From assembly GCA_964628705.1 (NCBI GenBank), contig CAZVLW010000002.1:1-35914 (forward strand): 35,914 nucleotides of DNA, written 5' to 3'. How positions within the stretch are numbered: position 1 is the stretch's first letter; the number at the start of each line of letters is the position of its first letter. The translations under genes and the position numbers were made by a program. The DNA comes from an uncultured Gammaproteobacteria bacterium. GTDB lineage: Bacteria > Patescibacteriota > Patescibacteriia > UBA2196 > GWA2-42-15. The notes beneath the pieces are model-generated. The model was not told where the DNA came from. It did not search any database and saw nothing but the letters and a program-made list of their open reading frames with translations. This document shows positions 10,269 through 19,215 of this stretch, piece after piece.

Positions 10269-12026
10269 CTACCTTTTTATCAACCAACTAAATTTATCCA
10301 TCAATTTATTGCTCAGCAAACGTAAAAAAGAACGGCTAATAACAATTGCACTAAACATAGAAATCATAATACCAATCGCCAAAGTCACCGCAAATCCACG
10401 TATAATAGATGTGCCAAACCAATATAAAATAGCACAAGTAATTAAAGTGGACATATTGGAATCCCTAATAGAAGTCCATGCTCTCTTAAAACCAATCTCT
10501 ACTGCGGTGCTAAAACTTTTGCCCCTTCTTAATTCTTCTTTGAGCCGCTCAAAAATCAACACATTAGCATCTACTGCTAAACCAATGGATAAAATAAAAC
10601 CAGCAATACCAGCCAATGTTAACGTAACCGATAAAATTTTAAAAATTGCCAAAACTATTAAAGTATAAATAGATAGAGCCAAAACTGCCAACACACCGGG
10701 TAGTCTGTAAAACAAAATCATAAATAGGGCTACTGCCAAAAGGCCGTACAATCCAGCAGTTAAACTTTTATCTACTGACCGCGCACCTAAAGTCGGACCT
10801 ACAGTTTGCTGGCTAACTAATTTAATAGGCACTGGAAGAGCGCCCGCATTCAATCTCTGTACTAAATCTTTAGCTTCTTTAAGATTAAACCTGCCAGTAA
10901 TCACTGCTCTGCCTCCGGTAATTTTTTCATTCACATTAGGTACAGAAATAGGCTCTCCATCTAAAAATATAGCCACCGGATTGCCTATATTACGTGCTGT
11001 AATTTTCTCAAATAACTCCGCTCCTTCGTCATTAAACTCCAAACTAACTTGGGGATCATTTGTGTTTTGACTATAGGTTACCACTGCTCTGTTTAAATGC
11101 TCGCCTGAGAGTTCAGTATTTTTCCATTGATTTTCTTCAGACAATATATCCTGCTTGCTTTTAGTCCTGATTAAAATATGTGAAGCTAAAACTTCCGTCT
11201 TTGGCTCACCTTCTTGGGGTAGCAATTCATCACTTGATGTCGCGCTCTTGGGTTCCTTAAATTGTCGTTCATCCATTTTTTTAATAATATGATAGCCAAA
11301 ATCTGTCTTTATCGGCTTGGGGGTAATTTCACCCACTTCCAGCTCATCAAAAATAGCTTTTTCAAACTCAACCACAAAATCCCCTCTCCTTGCCCAGCCG
11401 AGTGATCCGCCATTATCTTTAGATCCCGGATCTTCAGAAAATTCTTTGGCTAACTTGTCAAAATTCTCACCTGCTAAAGCTCTCTGATTGATTTCTTCAG
11501 CTTGTTTTCCTGCTTGCTGGTTGTATGTTGCTAACTCTTGTTTTTCTTGCTCTGTTAATTCACGCTCTTCAAGAGCTTCTGGATTTTGTTCTTTAAACTC
11601 CAAAAGTGGAGTTTCTCCAATCATTTCAATAGCTTGATTAACATCACGCACGCCAGCCAGCTCTACAATAATACGATAATTACTCTCTTGATCCTTATTT
11701 GTCTGCACTAAGGGTTCAGACACGCCAAAAGCATTAACTCTTCTTTCTATTACATCACGCACCCCAGCCACCGCAGAGTCCCTGTCTGCCCTTGCTACCT
11801 GTGAAGTGTCTGCCTCATACACCAAATGCGTGCCGCCTTTTAAATCCAAACCTAAATGATAATCAAAACTATTCCAAAAACCAGCCACCGGCACCCAATC
11901 CGGCACTTTAAACGCATCCTCACCGCCATTTAAATTTGCTACGTGATAATCCACTAAAAAGCTAAAAAGCGCTATCAGGATAATAACAAATAGAGTCAAT
12001 CTTAAGTTTTTTTTAGAATAAGACAT
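10269..12026 (-). CDS. secD: protein translocase subunit SecD carrying an inserted parvulin-like PPIase segment in the periplasmic head
   Basis: SecD core: LGLDLKGGTHLVYE, PLLEFK, VAIFLDGEPISVPNV, GALPVPIKLVSQQTVGPTLG, and a C-terminal 6-TM bundle with AVDANVLIFERLKEE. Residues about 148-300 contain NFDKLAKEFSEDPGSKDNGGSLGWARRGDFVVEFEKAIF..ITPKPIKTDFGYHIIKK and later ASHILIRTKS, which are parvulin signatures. Confidence 0.93.
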   Translation of the reverse strand: MSYSKKNLRLTLFVIILIALFSFLVDYHVANLNGGEDAFKVPDWVPVAGFWNSFDYHLGLDLKGGTHLVYEADTSQVARADRDSAVAGVRDVIERRVNAFGVSEPLVQTNKDQESNYRIIVELAGVRDVNQAIEMIGETPLLEFKEQNPEALEERELTEQEKQELATYNQQAGKQAEEINQRALAGENFDKLAKEFSEDPGSKDNGGSLGWARRGDFVVEFEKAIFDELEVGEITPKPIKTDFGYHIIKKMDERQFKEPKSATSSDELLPQEGEPKTEVLASHILIRTKSKQDILSEENQWKNTELSGEHLNRAVVTYSQNTNDPQVSLEFNDEGAELFEKITARNIGNPVAIFLDGEPISVPNVNEKITGGRAVITGRFNLKEAKDLVQRLNAGALPVPIKLVSQQTVGPTLGARSVDKSLTAGLYGLLAVALFMILFYRLPGVLAVLALSIYTLIVLAIFKILSVTLTLAGIAGFILSIGLAVDANVLIFERLKEELRRGKSFSTAVEIGFKRAWTSIRDSNMSTLITCAILYWFGTSIIRGFAVTLAIGIMISMFSAIVISRSFLRLLSNKLMDKFSWLIKR

Positions 12027-12032
12027 AGTTAA

Positions 12033-12056
12033 TAAAAAAATTAACCCCGTTGGGTT
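12033..12056 (-). terminator. weak candidate intrinsic terminator after the GT4 gene
   Basis: On the minus strand AACCC-aacg-GGGTT is followed by AATTTTTTTA. The stem is only 5 bp. Confidence 0.3.
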
Positions 12057-12105
12057 TCACTCTCAGATTATCTTATTTTCCAACTTTAGTCAATATATAA
12101 CAAAA

Positions 12106-13233
12106 TTATATTTGGTTAATAATTTCTAAAGTTTGGCGCCCCGCATGGCTATAAGTCTGGCCGTAATCCAACTCAGCCAATTGGCGCCTGTAATTTTGAT
12201 ATTCTTTTTGATCAACCAAACGCCTCAATATATCAACCAATTCAGCTTTATTTTGGGGTAAAAATTGCCATGCTTTACCGCTCAACCAATCATAACCAAT
12301 CTCTTTAGTTGCCACAAAAGGTATCTTATTTTTTAAACATTCCAACAAACTATTGGGGGAAATATCTGTCAATGACGGAAAAACCACCAAATGCCCTTGC
12401 TTTAATCTTTTTATCAACTCACTACCTATCCTTTTTTGTTCAACCGATACATTTTGAATATTGTTTTGTGATATATGGTCTATCAACTCACCTTTAAGCG
12501 GCCCTTCACCAATGAAATGCAGGCTAAATCCTTTTAAATCCGCTTCTAAAAAAGCATCTAATAAAAAAAATATATTATTTTTATGAATAAATCTACCCAC
12601 AAATAAAATCTCTTTTTGAGGCTGAATTTTATCTAATAATTCCACCTCATGGTTAGCTAAAGGATTGGGGATGATACGTGTCCTCTCTTTAGAGATATAA
12701 TACATTTTAACAAAAATATCTCTTTGAAATTGAGTAGTAAAAATTATTTTATCCACCTGCTTAAAAACCCAATTAATAATCCTAAATCTAAGCTTTTCAA
12801 AACGTAAATGCAAACCTCTTTGATAAAACTCCCGCAAGGTAACTAAATCCCCGGAGCGGGCAATATACCTCTCCCAGATAAAATCCCCGCCTACTCTAAT
12901 CATTATTTTTAAATTAAATTTTTTATTTGCTATCACACTTGGTAGTCCGGCGCTAAAATAATCAAAACAATAAATTACCTCATATTGATTGTTTGATAAA
13001 ACCTGCTTAATAGTCATCCAATAAGCAATATAATTGATTATTTTATTTTGACGTTTTACCCGATATACCTTATATGGTAAATCTTTATCTAACTCATAAC
13101 TCTCTTTATCTGAATAACTTACCACTGCTACCTTATGGCCTAAGCTGGTCATTTCGCGCGCCAACTTATCAGCATAGGTGGCTGGCCCGCCCACTTCTGG
13201 AATAAATATACCGCTGGCTATTAATATTTTCAT
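12106..13233 (-). CDS. family 4 (GT-B) glycosyltransferase
   Basis: The track ORF starts on TTG at 13254. The first ATG, at 13233, gives MKILIASGIFIPEVGGPATYA..., a typical GT4 N-terminus. The C-terminal half has an EX7E-like region (FPSLTDISPNSLLECLKNKIPFVAT). Confidence 0.8.
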   Translation of the reverse strand: MKILIASGIFIPEVGGPATYADKLAREMTSLGHKVAVVSYSDKESYELDKDLPYKVYRVKRQNKIINYIAYWMTIKQVLSNNQYEVIYCFDYFSAGLPSVIANKKFNLKIMIRVGGDFIWERYIARSGDLVTLREFYQRGLHLRFEKLRFRIINWVFKQVDKIIFTTQFQRDIFVKMYYISKERTRIIPNPLANHEVELLDKIQPQKEILFVGRFIHKNNIFFLLDAFLEADLKGFSLHFIGEGPLKGELIDHISQNNIQNVSVEQKRIGSELIKRLKQGHLVVFPSLTDISPNSLLECLKNKIPFVATKEIGYDWLSGKAWQFLPQNKAELVDILRRLVDQKEYQNYRRQLAELDYGQTYSHAGRQTLEIINQI

Positions 13234-13357
13234 AAAAAAATAGTTATATAACAATTCTTAATATAATACAAAAAAAAGAAAAAATAAACCCATCTATGTT
13301 AATATTTGCCAATTACCGCTTATCTAAGCTATACTTGAAATATAACTCTATTGATTT

Positions 13358-14533
13358 ATGCCAACTCATCAAACCACTAAAAAAATTAAAATTTTATACC
13401 TCATCACGCTTAGCCAATGGGGTGGGGCACAAAAATATGTAACAGATTTGGCAAGCTACTCCAAACGCCAACCCAACTTTGAGGTGAGCGTAGCCTTTGG
13501 TGGCGAACAAAATGGACAGCTTAAAACTACTTTAGAGCAAAATCATATCACCACGCACTACCTTCACCATCTACAACGCCAAGTTAATGTATTAAATGAT
13601 TGGCGTGCTTTTTGGCAGATAGTTAAACTGTATCAAACTCTCAAACCCGATATTGTTCACCTTAATTCATCTAAAGCTGGTGCCCTCGGAGCTATTGCTT
13701 CAATTTGCTGTAGGGTTAAAATTAAAAAAATTATCTACACCGTTCATGGCTTGGTGTTGAATGAACCGCTTAATATATTTAATAAAACCTTCTATTGGCT
13801 GGCTGAATGGCTGAGCGCCAAATTTAAAACCCGCCTGATTGCAGTTTCTGAATACGACAAACAAAAACTATTGCATTACAAAATTTGCCCCGCTCATAAA
13901 ATCACTCTTATCCATAATGGCATACGGCTTAAAAATTTAAAATTTTTACAGCAACACCAAGCTCGCCTTGAATTAAAAAAAATGACCACTACCCCGATTC
14001 ATCATAAAACTATTTGGTTGGGCACTGTGGCCAATTTATATCCAGCCAAAGGATTGCCCTATCTAATCCAAGCTATGCGCTATATTAAATCCCAAGATAA
14101 CCATATTGTATTATTTATTATCGGTTATGGTCCACTTAGAAAAAATCTGACCAATTTAACCCACACTTACCAGCTTGAAGGCGAGGTTGTCTTAGTGGGT
14201 GAAATAAAAAATGCTTACCAATACCTAAAAGCTTTTGATCTATTTATCTTACCATCTGTTAAAGAAGGGCTATCTTACACCCTAATGGAGGCCTTAGCCG
14301 CCCAATTGCCCATTCTTACCACGCAAGTTGGTGGCAATGCTGAAATTGTTGAACATCAAAAAAACGGCTTGCTTGTCCAACCACGCCACACCCAACAACT
14401 TGCCGAACAGACACTCAAACTACTCAACCACCCACCGCTATGTAAAAAATTTGCCAAAAACAACTCAAACAAAGCCAAATATTTTGATATCCAAAATATG
14501 TTTACCCAAACTAAAAAAATTTACTTAAATTAA
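13358..14533 (+). CDS. family 4 (GT-B) glycosyltransferase
   Basis: KILYLITLSQWGGAQKYV N-terminus, HLNSSKAG, and the EX7E motif SVKEGLSYTLMEALAAQLPILTTQVGGNAEIV. It is divergent from the other GT4 gene. Confidence 0.85.
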   Translation: MPTHQTTKKIKILYLITLSQWGGAQKYVTDLASYSKRQPNFEVSVAFGGEQNGQLKTTLEQNHITTHYLHHLQRQVNVLNDWRAFWQIVKLYQTLKPDIVHLNSSKAGALGAIASICCRVKIKKIIYTVHGLVLNEPLNIFNKTFYWLAEWLSAKFKTRLIAVSEYDKQKLLHYKICPAHKITLIHNGIRLKNLKFLQQHQARLELKKMTTTPIHHKTIWLGTVANLYPAKGLPYLIQAMRYIKSQDNHIVLFIIGYGPLRKNLTNLTHTYQLEGEVVLVGEIKNAYQYLKAFDLFILPSVKEGLSYTLMEALAAQLPILTTQVGGNAEIVEHQKNGLLVQPRHTQQLAEQTLKLLNHPPLCKKFAKNNSNKAKYFDIQNMFTQTKKIYLN

Positions 14534-14679
14534 ATCAACTTGCGCCTACTGCAATAAATAACAAATAATATAAATATTACTCAACCAAAACGCACGTCCA
14601 CTTATCACCTATAGCACAAATTCAAACCTCTTTTTTGCTTGATTTAAGACACAACAATCTACCACACACTCACCCTTTT

Positions 14680-14896
14680 AACTACTTATTTACTCACACC
14701 GTGAATATATTTCACTTAATTCGTAACTACTTATTTTATTCACACTGAGAATGTATTTTACTTAATTCGTAACTACTTATTTTATTCACACTGAGAATGT
14801 ATTTTACTCAATTCGTAACTACTTATTTACTCACACTGAGAATGTATTTTACTCAATTCGTAACTACTTATTTTATTCACACCGTGAGTATATTTT
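14680..14896. repeat. tandem direct repeat, 45/46-bp unit, about 4.8 copies
   Basis: Units start at 14680, 14725, 14771, 14817 and 14862 (AACTACTTATTT(T)A(T/C)TCACAC(T/C)G(T)GA(G/A)(A/T)AT(G/A)TATTT(T/C)ACT(T/C)AATTCGT). The whole unit repeats with no unique spacers. The last unit runs straight into the palindrome at 14897. Confidence 0.92.
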
Positions 14897-14938
14897 TTGT
14901 CTTTAATTTTGGTCCGATCGGACCAAAATTAAAGACAA
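14897..14938. repeat. 42-bp perfect palindrome, copy 1
   Basis: TTGTCTTTAATTTTGGTCCGA|TCGGACCAAAATTAAAGACAA, two 21-nt arms with no loop. It lies about 77 bp past the stop of ORF 15016..15567 and has no adjacent T-tract on the correct side for a terminator. Confidence 0.95.
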
Positions 14939-15015
14939 GAGGATACGCCATAAAAAAACACAAAAATATATAATCCACGCTAAAATCTTTAAAATAAATT
15001 TTCAAATCAATCCAT

Positions 15016-15567
15016 TTACTTAATTTTAAATATCTGTATATACTTTTCAAATTTATAATCTTCCACGATTTGTTTAATTAAATCATATGACCCGGCATCA
15101 TTTGAAATGAAACAACTTTTTTGGACCAAATCGTAACCTAAATTATATAAACATCTTCTAAATAAAGTCCTGAAGCGCCTTTCTCTTTCTGGTATATCAA
15201 AAATAACTAAATGTTTCAACAATTTCTTATTTTTAACTTTATTTTTATTTTGCTGGCTATAAACGAGCGTTTGAATAAATAAATTTTTCTTATCACCTTT
15301 AGGGGTTAATTTATAATATTTTTTATTACCCTTTTTAATCTCTTTAATATAATTCTGTTTTTTTAAATAAGCCAAAGAGGAATAATACTCTTTCTGCTGT
15401 TTTCTCTGTTTTTGTCGCTCTTTTTTCCTAATTCTCCTACCTCGCCTCACGCTGGCATAAAAATAACCCTCCAATGAATAACTGTCAGCCATACGATCAA
15501 ATTCATCAATAATATTAATAATAGAATTGGCCACAGATAAACTTGCACCTTTTATATTAATCTTCAT
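15016..15567 (-). CDS. wHTH plus Cas2-like (PaaX-middle-domain-like) protein, stand-alone
   Basis: 183-codon ORF with ATG start. The central segment SLAYLKKQNYIKEIKKGNKKYYKLTPKG looks like a winged-helix wing. The C-terminal segment KHLVIFDIPERERRFRTLFRRCLYNLGYDLVQKSCFISN follows the Cas2 beta1-alpha1-beta2 pattern (hhhh(Y/F)DI..R...h...L...G...hQ.S). Fold assignment is by eye only. Confidence 0.6.
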   Translation of the reverse strand: MKINIKGASLSVANSIINIIDEFDRMADSYSLEGYFYASVRRGRRIRKKERQKQRKQQKEYYSSLAYLKKQNYIKEIKKGNKKYYKLTPKGDKKNLFIQTLVYSQQNKNKVKNKKLLKHLVIFDIPERERRFRTLFRRCLYNLGYDLVQKSCFISNDAGSYDLIKQIVEDYKFEKYIQIFKIK

Positions 15568-15804
15568 ATAATTTATTTGTAATTATTTATAATCAAATTC
15601 ACACTTAAACCAAGCTGACTTTTATTTACTATACTAAATTTACTCAATACTGTTCCATTTAAACATCATCAACATACAAAATGTATAATACTTTCCCTAA
15701 AACTGTTCTTAAACTGACTTTACCTTTAAATTCGCATAAAATCATTCTTTTCTGTTTTTAAATATTTATTTATATTTAAATCCACCAACCAAATTTTATC
15801 TTTA

Positions 15805-15852
15805 AACTTGTCTTTAATTTTGGTCCGATCGGACCAAAATTAAAGACAAGTT
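15805..15852. repeat. 48-bp perfect palindrome, copy 2 (contains the identical 42-bp core)
   Basis: AACTTGTCTTTAATTTTGGTCCGA|TCGGACCAAAATTAAAGACAAGTT, about 237 bp upstream of the ORF 15016..15567 start codon. Confidence 0.95.
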
Positions 15853-15868
15853 CATTATAAAAAATAAA

Positions 15869-15892
15869 CACAATCATAGACACAATCATAGA
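15869..15892. repeat. 12-bp tandem duplication
   Basis: CACAATCATAGA x2, immediately outside palindrome copy 2. Confidence 0.85.
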
Positions 15893-15911
15893 CAAAAGTA
15901 GAAAATAGACA

Positions 15912-16004
15912 AAATAATACACTAAGCAACTAAACAAAAGGAAAAATACACCAAAGCAACAAATAATACACTAAGCAACTAAACAAAAGGAAAAATACAC
16001 CAAA
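15912..16004. repeat. 44-bp direct repeat x2 (period 49)
   Basis: AAATAATACACTAAGCAACTAAACAAAAGGAAAAATACACCAAA at 15912-15955 and 15961-16004, separated by GCAAC. Confidence 0.9.
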
Positions 16005-16207
16005 AAAAGTAAACCATACGCAAAAAAAAGGCCATTCACAAAAAACAATACACGAAAAGAATAATAGCAAAACAAAAATATGAATTTTTAAAAAAGCAAC
16101 GAACTAAACAAATCCAAAAGGAATTTCAAACTACCATAATAAACAAATACCCCATAAATAATAAATTAACCCCCGCCAACCTTAGCTTGGCTCTAAACTA
16201 TTTACAA

Positions 16208-18421
16208 CTACTCTTTTATAAAATCTCCCTGATTAATTTTTTTAATAAAATCTGCTACCTGTGCATCTAAATTTTGGCTCACCCCCTTAAGGCGAGAAAT
16301 TACTTGAATGGCTTTTTGATTCTGTCCTGACTCAGCATAATAAATCGCCAAAGTTGAATAATATTCCAATTTATCTGGCTTGAGCTCAATTAATTTTTCC
16401 ATAGTTTTTTCAAAACGCTCATCATATCCCTTATTTTTATAAACTGAAATAAAACGCACTAAATTTTCTTCTTTTTCAAAATAATTAGCGCTGAGCTTTT
16501 TTATTTTCTCTTCCAGCTTGTCTAACAAGTCCACTTTTCCACCAAACAATGCCGCCACATACACATTAATATGAGTTTCTACTACCTCAGGGTTTAACTC
16601 CACTGCTTTATTAAATTGCTCTATGGCTTTATCATACTCACCTTGGTGCACATACGCTTGGCCTATCTGATAATAGGTATGTGCCCTGGTTGGCGCCAAC
16701 TCTACCAATTTATCCTTTGACTCCAAAACTTTATCCACCCTGTTGGTTTGATAATTATATGACTGCAAGTAAAGCTCATTTAAATTGTATCTATACCGAA
16801 CCTGATGCGGATCCATCTCAATAGTTTTTTGCATTTCAGCAATAGCATCGTCAAAAATAGCCTGCCTTTCATAATCAGGCAAATGCCCAGTTTGCTGTCT
16901 GGTAAAACCGGCAAACTCCAAAGACCCCTCAAAACGGGTAAAACTATTATTTCCATCAAGTAATTTATTATAGGACTGATGTGCGTCTTGGGTATATTTG
17001 GCTTTATTTTGAGCAGCCACCACCTGTGCTTGAAGCAAAGTTTTGTTGTCCCGCATAGCTTGAATATTCCAAAGATAACCTAGATGCAACATAACCGCCA
17101 AAATAACTCCTAAAAATAAGATGGTTTTGGGTTGATATTCTAATGTGTATTGCTTGGAGTCAACATGATAATGCGCCACAAAAGCTAACACCGCGATAAA
17201 TACAATATAGGTGGCCAAAGTGTCAAAGACAAACATATTAGCAACAAAATAAGCCACTATTAAAGAAATTAAAATATTTGCCTCAAGCCTGCTAAATTGA
17301 GTTTTTTTCCATAACACATAAACCAAATAAACCAACAAAGCTACATAAAGCAGTGCCCCCACTGCCCCAGTAGTTACTAAATACTCAAAAAATACGCTGT
17401 GCGCTTTATCAAACCAAATTTTAGAATCACTTGACTCATAAATAGATGGTGGAAAATATTTGCTAAAAGCATAGCTATAATCTTCCACCCCCCACCCAAA
17501 AATAGGTCTATCCTGAAATGCTCTAAAAGCAACTCCCCAAGCAGCCAATCTTGTTTGAGCTGTATGGCTTTCCAATGATATGGAGGCAACTCTATTTACA
17601 ATAGGATTCTGCTTGACTACTGGCTTGTCTTTAAAAATAAAAATAAAACCACCAGCTAAAATTATTAGCGTCAACAAAATAGCGCTGAAACGCTTTATTT
17701 TATATTTTTCACTTGGCAAGCTGACAAGATTTAAGATAGCCAAAAGCATAAAACCCAATGCCAAACCGAGTATAGCACCTCTTGTTTGGGTCAATAATAT
17801 AGCTAATATAAAAACTACTGAAGTAATATAATAAAAGACTTGCCACGCTCGCCTGTCCTCTTTAAAGCTCAAATAGATTGATAAAAACAAACTCATAACC
17901 GCATAATTTGCCAAATAAGCCGGATTGCCCAAAGTCGCTCCAATTCGCGCGCCAGCTGAACTCATTGCTTCAAACAATCCCACATATTGCAATAATCCAT
18001 ACAAACTGGTTAGCAAGGAGGCAAACACCACCGCCCTTAAAAACCACTTCCATTCACGCCAACTGGTTAAAGTCAAGCTAAGTAAAATAAAAAACAGCAA
18101 TAAATGTAGCTGCAAAACTATTCCGTCTGCACGCTCAAAATTGCTCCAAAAACTGCGCATAAAACTCACTCCAAAAATAGACGAAACAAGCATTGCCACA
18201 AATAAAGATAAATATATCCACCAAATATAATTTACTTTAAACTCAATTCTTTTGCGTTGATAAAAATAAATTGCCCATACAATCAAAGCCAATAAAACCA
18301 CTACTCTAAAAAACAATACTTTAGAAGTTACATAAGGGTAATAAAAATTATGTGAAAAAACCAAAGGACTAAAAACCGCCGCTCCGAGCAAAAACTGAAT
18401 TGTGCGTTTAAGTAAAATCAT
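16208..18421 (-). CDS. polytopic Wzy_C (O-antigen ligase / O-oligosaccharyltransferase-like) membrane protein fused to C-terminal TPR repeats
   Basis: About 470 aa with 10 or more hydrophobic helices and a Wzy_C-like loop region (LLTQTRGAILGLALGFMLLA). This is followed by about 250 aa of TPR-like repeats (YYQIGQAYVHQGEYDKAIEQFNKAVELNPE, YYSTLAIYYAESGQNQKAIQV). Confidence 0.78.
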   Translation of the reverse strand: MILLKRTIQFLLGAAVFSPLVFSHNFYYPYVTSKVLFFRVVVLLALIVWAIYFYQRKRIEFKVNYIWWIYLSLFVAMLVSSIFGVSFMRSFWSNFERADGIVLQLHLLLFFILLSLTLTSWREWKWFLRAVVFASLLTSLYGLLQYVGLFEAMSSAGARIGATLGNPAYLANYAVMSLFLSIYLSFKEDRRAWQVFYYITSVVFILAILLTQTRGAILGLALGFMLLAILNLVSLPSEKYKIKRFSAILLTLIILAGGFIFIFKDKPVVKQNPIVNRVASISLESHTAQTRLAAWGVAFRAFQDRPIFGWGVEDYSYAFSKYFPPSIYESSDSKIWFDKAHSVFFEYLVTTGAVGALLYVALLVYLVYVLWKKTQFSRLEANILISLIVAYFVANMFVFDTLATYIVFIAVLAFVAHYHVDSKQYTLEYQPKTILFLGVILAVMLHLGYLWNIQAMRDNKTLLQAQVVAAQNKAKYTQDAHQSYNKLLDGNNSFTRFEGSLEFAGFTRQQTGHLPDYERQAIFDDAIAEMQKTIEMDPHQVRYRYNLNELYLQSYNYQTNRVDKVLESKDKLVELAPTRAHTYYQIGQAYVHQGEYDKAIEQFNKAVELNPEVVETHINVYVAALFGGKVDLLDKLEEKIKKLSANYFEKEENLVRFISVYKNKGYDERFEKTMEKLIELKPDKLEYYSTLAIYYAESGQNQKAIQVISRLKGVSQNLDAQVADFIKKINQGDFIKE

Positions 18422-18479
18422 AAAAAAATAAATGAATTAAGTGAATCTTATAAAATGATTTAATAGTTAACGCTTACTG

Positions 18480-19196
18480 TTAGTTGATTTTCGCTCTCAA
18501 TCCATAATCCTCAGGATGGTCTGCCAACCATTTATCCAACTGCCTGTTAGCTTCATCTAAACGCCCGATTTTCACTAAATAACTAATGAGTGCCTTAATA
18601 TAATTTTTATCATCCGGGTTATTTTCCAGACCTTGCTCTAAAACATCTATGGCTTTGCCTTCATCTTCAAAACCGTGGCGGTACAGCTCATGCAGACCTA
18701 AATAGTATTGGAATTTATGCTTTTCACGCTCCAATGCTATTTTATAATACTTTTCAGCTTGCTCTTTGTCTTTAACAAAAGTGCGGTATAAACCCCCTAA
18801 ATTAAAAGGTGATACGCTATTATGCGGATAAGCATGGTTGAACCACTTCCAAATAGTAGCGGCACGCTCATAGTCCCCTACTATCTTTTGCGCCAGAGCA
18901 ACCTCAAGCCAAGCATAGAAATTGTCATTATCATTTAGCTCTTTGCCCGCCTCAATATTTTTTAAAATTTTATCTTTAGCATCAGTAAAGCGTTTAAATT
19001 CCTTTTCTTTTTGATATCCAGTTATGTTGTCCAATTTAACTTCAAATTGCAACACATAATCCAGATCCAATTCTTCAACTTCAGCTTCGGTGTTTTCCAC
19101 TTTACTTTCCGGCAAATAATAAAATTTATAAGCCAAACCTCCGCCGACCAAAAAAATGATAATTACAATTGATATAATAATATATTTTTTATTCAT
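18480..19196 (-). CDS. membrane-anchored TPR repeat protein
   Basis: N-terminal TM segment (YIIISIVIIIFLVGGGLAY), then TPR-like helices (WLEVALAQKIVGDYERAATIW, YYLGLHELYRHGFEDEGKAIDVLEQGLENNPDD). Confidence 0.72.
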   Translation of the reverse strand: MNKKYIIISIVIIIFLVGGGLAYKFYYLPESKVENTEAEVEELDLDYVLQFEVKLDNITGYQKEKEFKRFTDAKDKILKNIEAGKELNDNDNFYAWLEVALAQKIVGDYERAATIWKWFNHAYPHNSVSPFNLGGLYRTFVKDKEQAEKYYKIALEREKHKFQYYLGLHELYRHGFEDEGKAIDVLEQGLENNPDDKNYIKALISYLVKIGRLDEANRQLDKWLADHPEDYGLRAKIN

Positions 19197-19215
19197 AAAA
19201 CAATCTATTAAACAT

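Noticed and set aside
14680-14896. Possible CRISPR array next to a Cas2-like gene
   Set aside because: The entire 45/46-bp unit repeats head to tail with no unique spacer sequences between repeats. The window has no cas1 or effector genes, so this is a plain tandem repeat.
14897-14938. The 42-bp palindrome as a rho-independent terminator for ORF 15016..15567
   Set aside because: The minus-strand transcript would read an A-run after the hairpin, not a U-run. The plus-strand reading has no T-tract either. An identical copy also lies upstream of the gene, which a terminator role does not explain.
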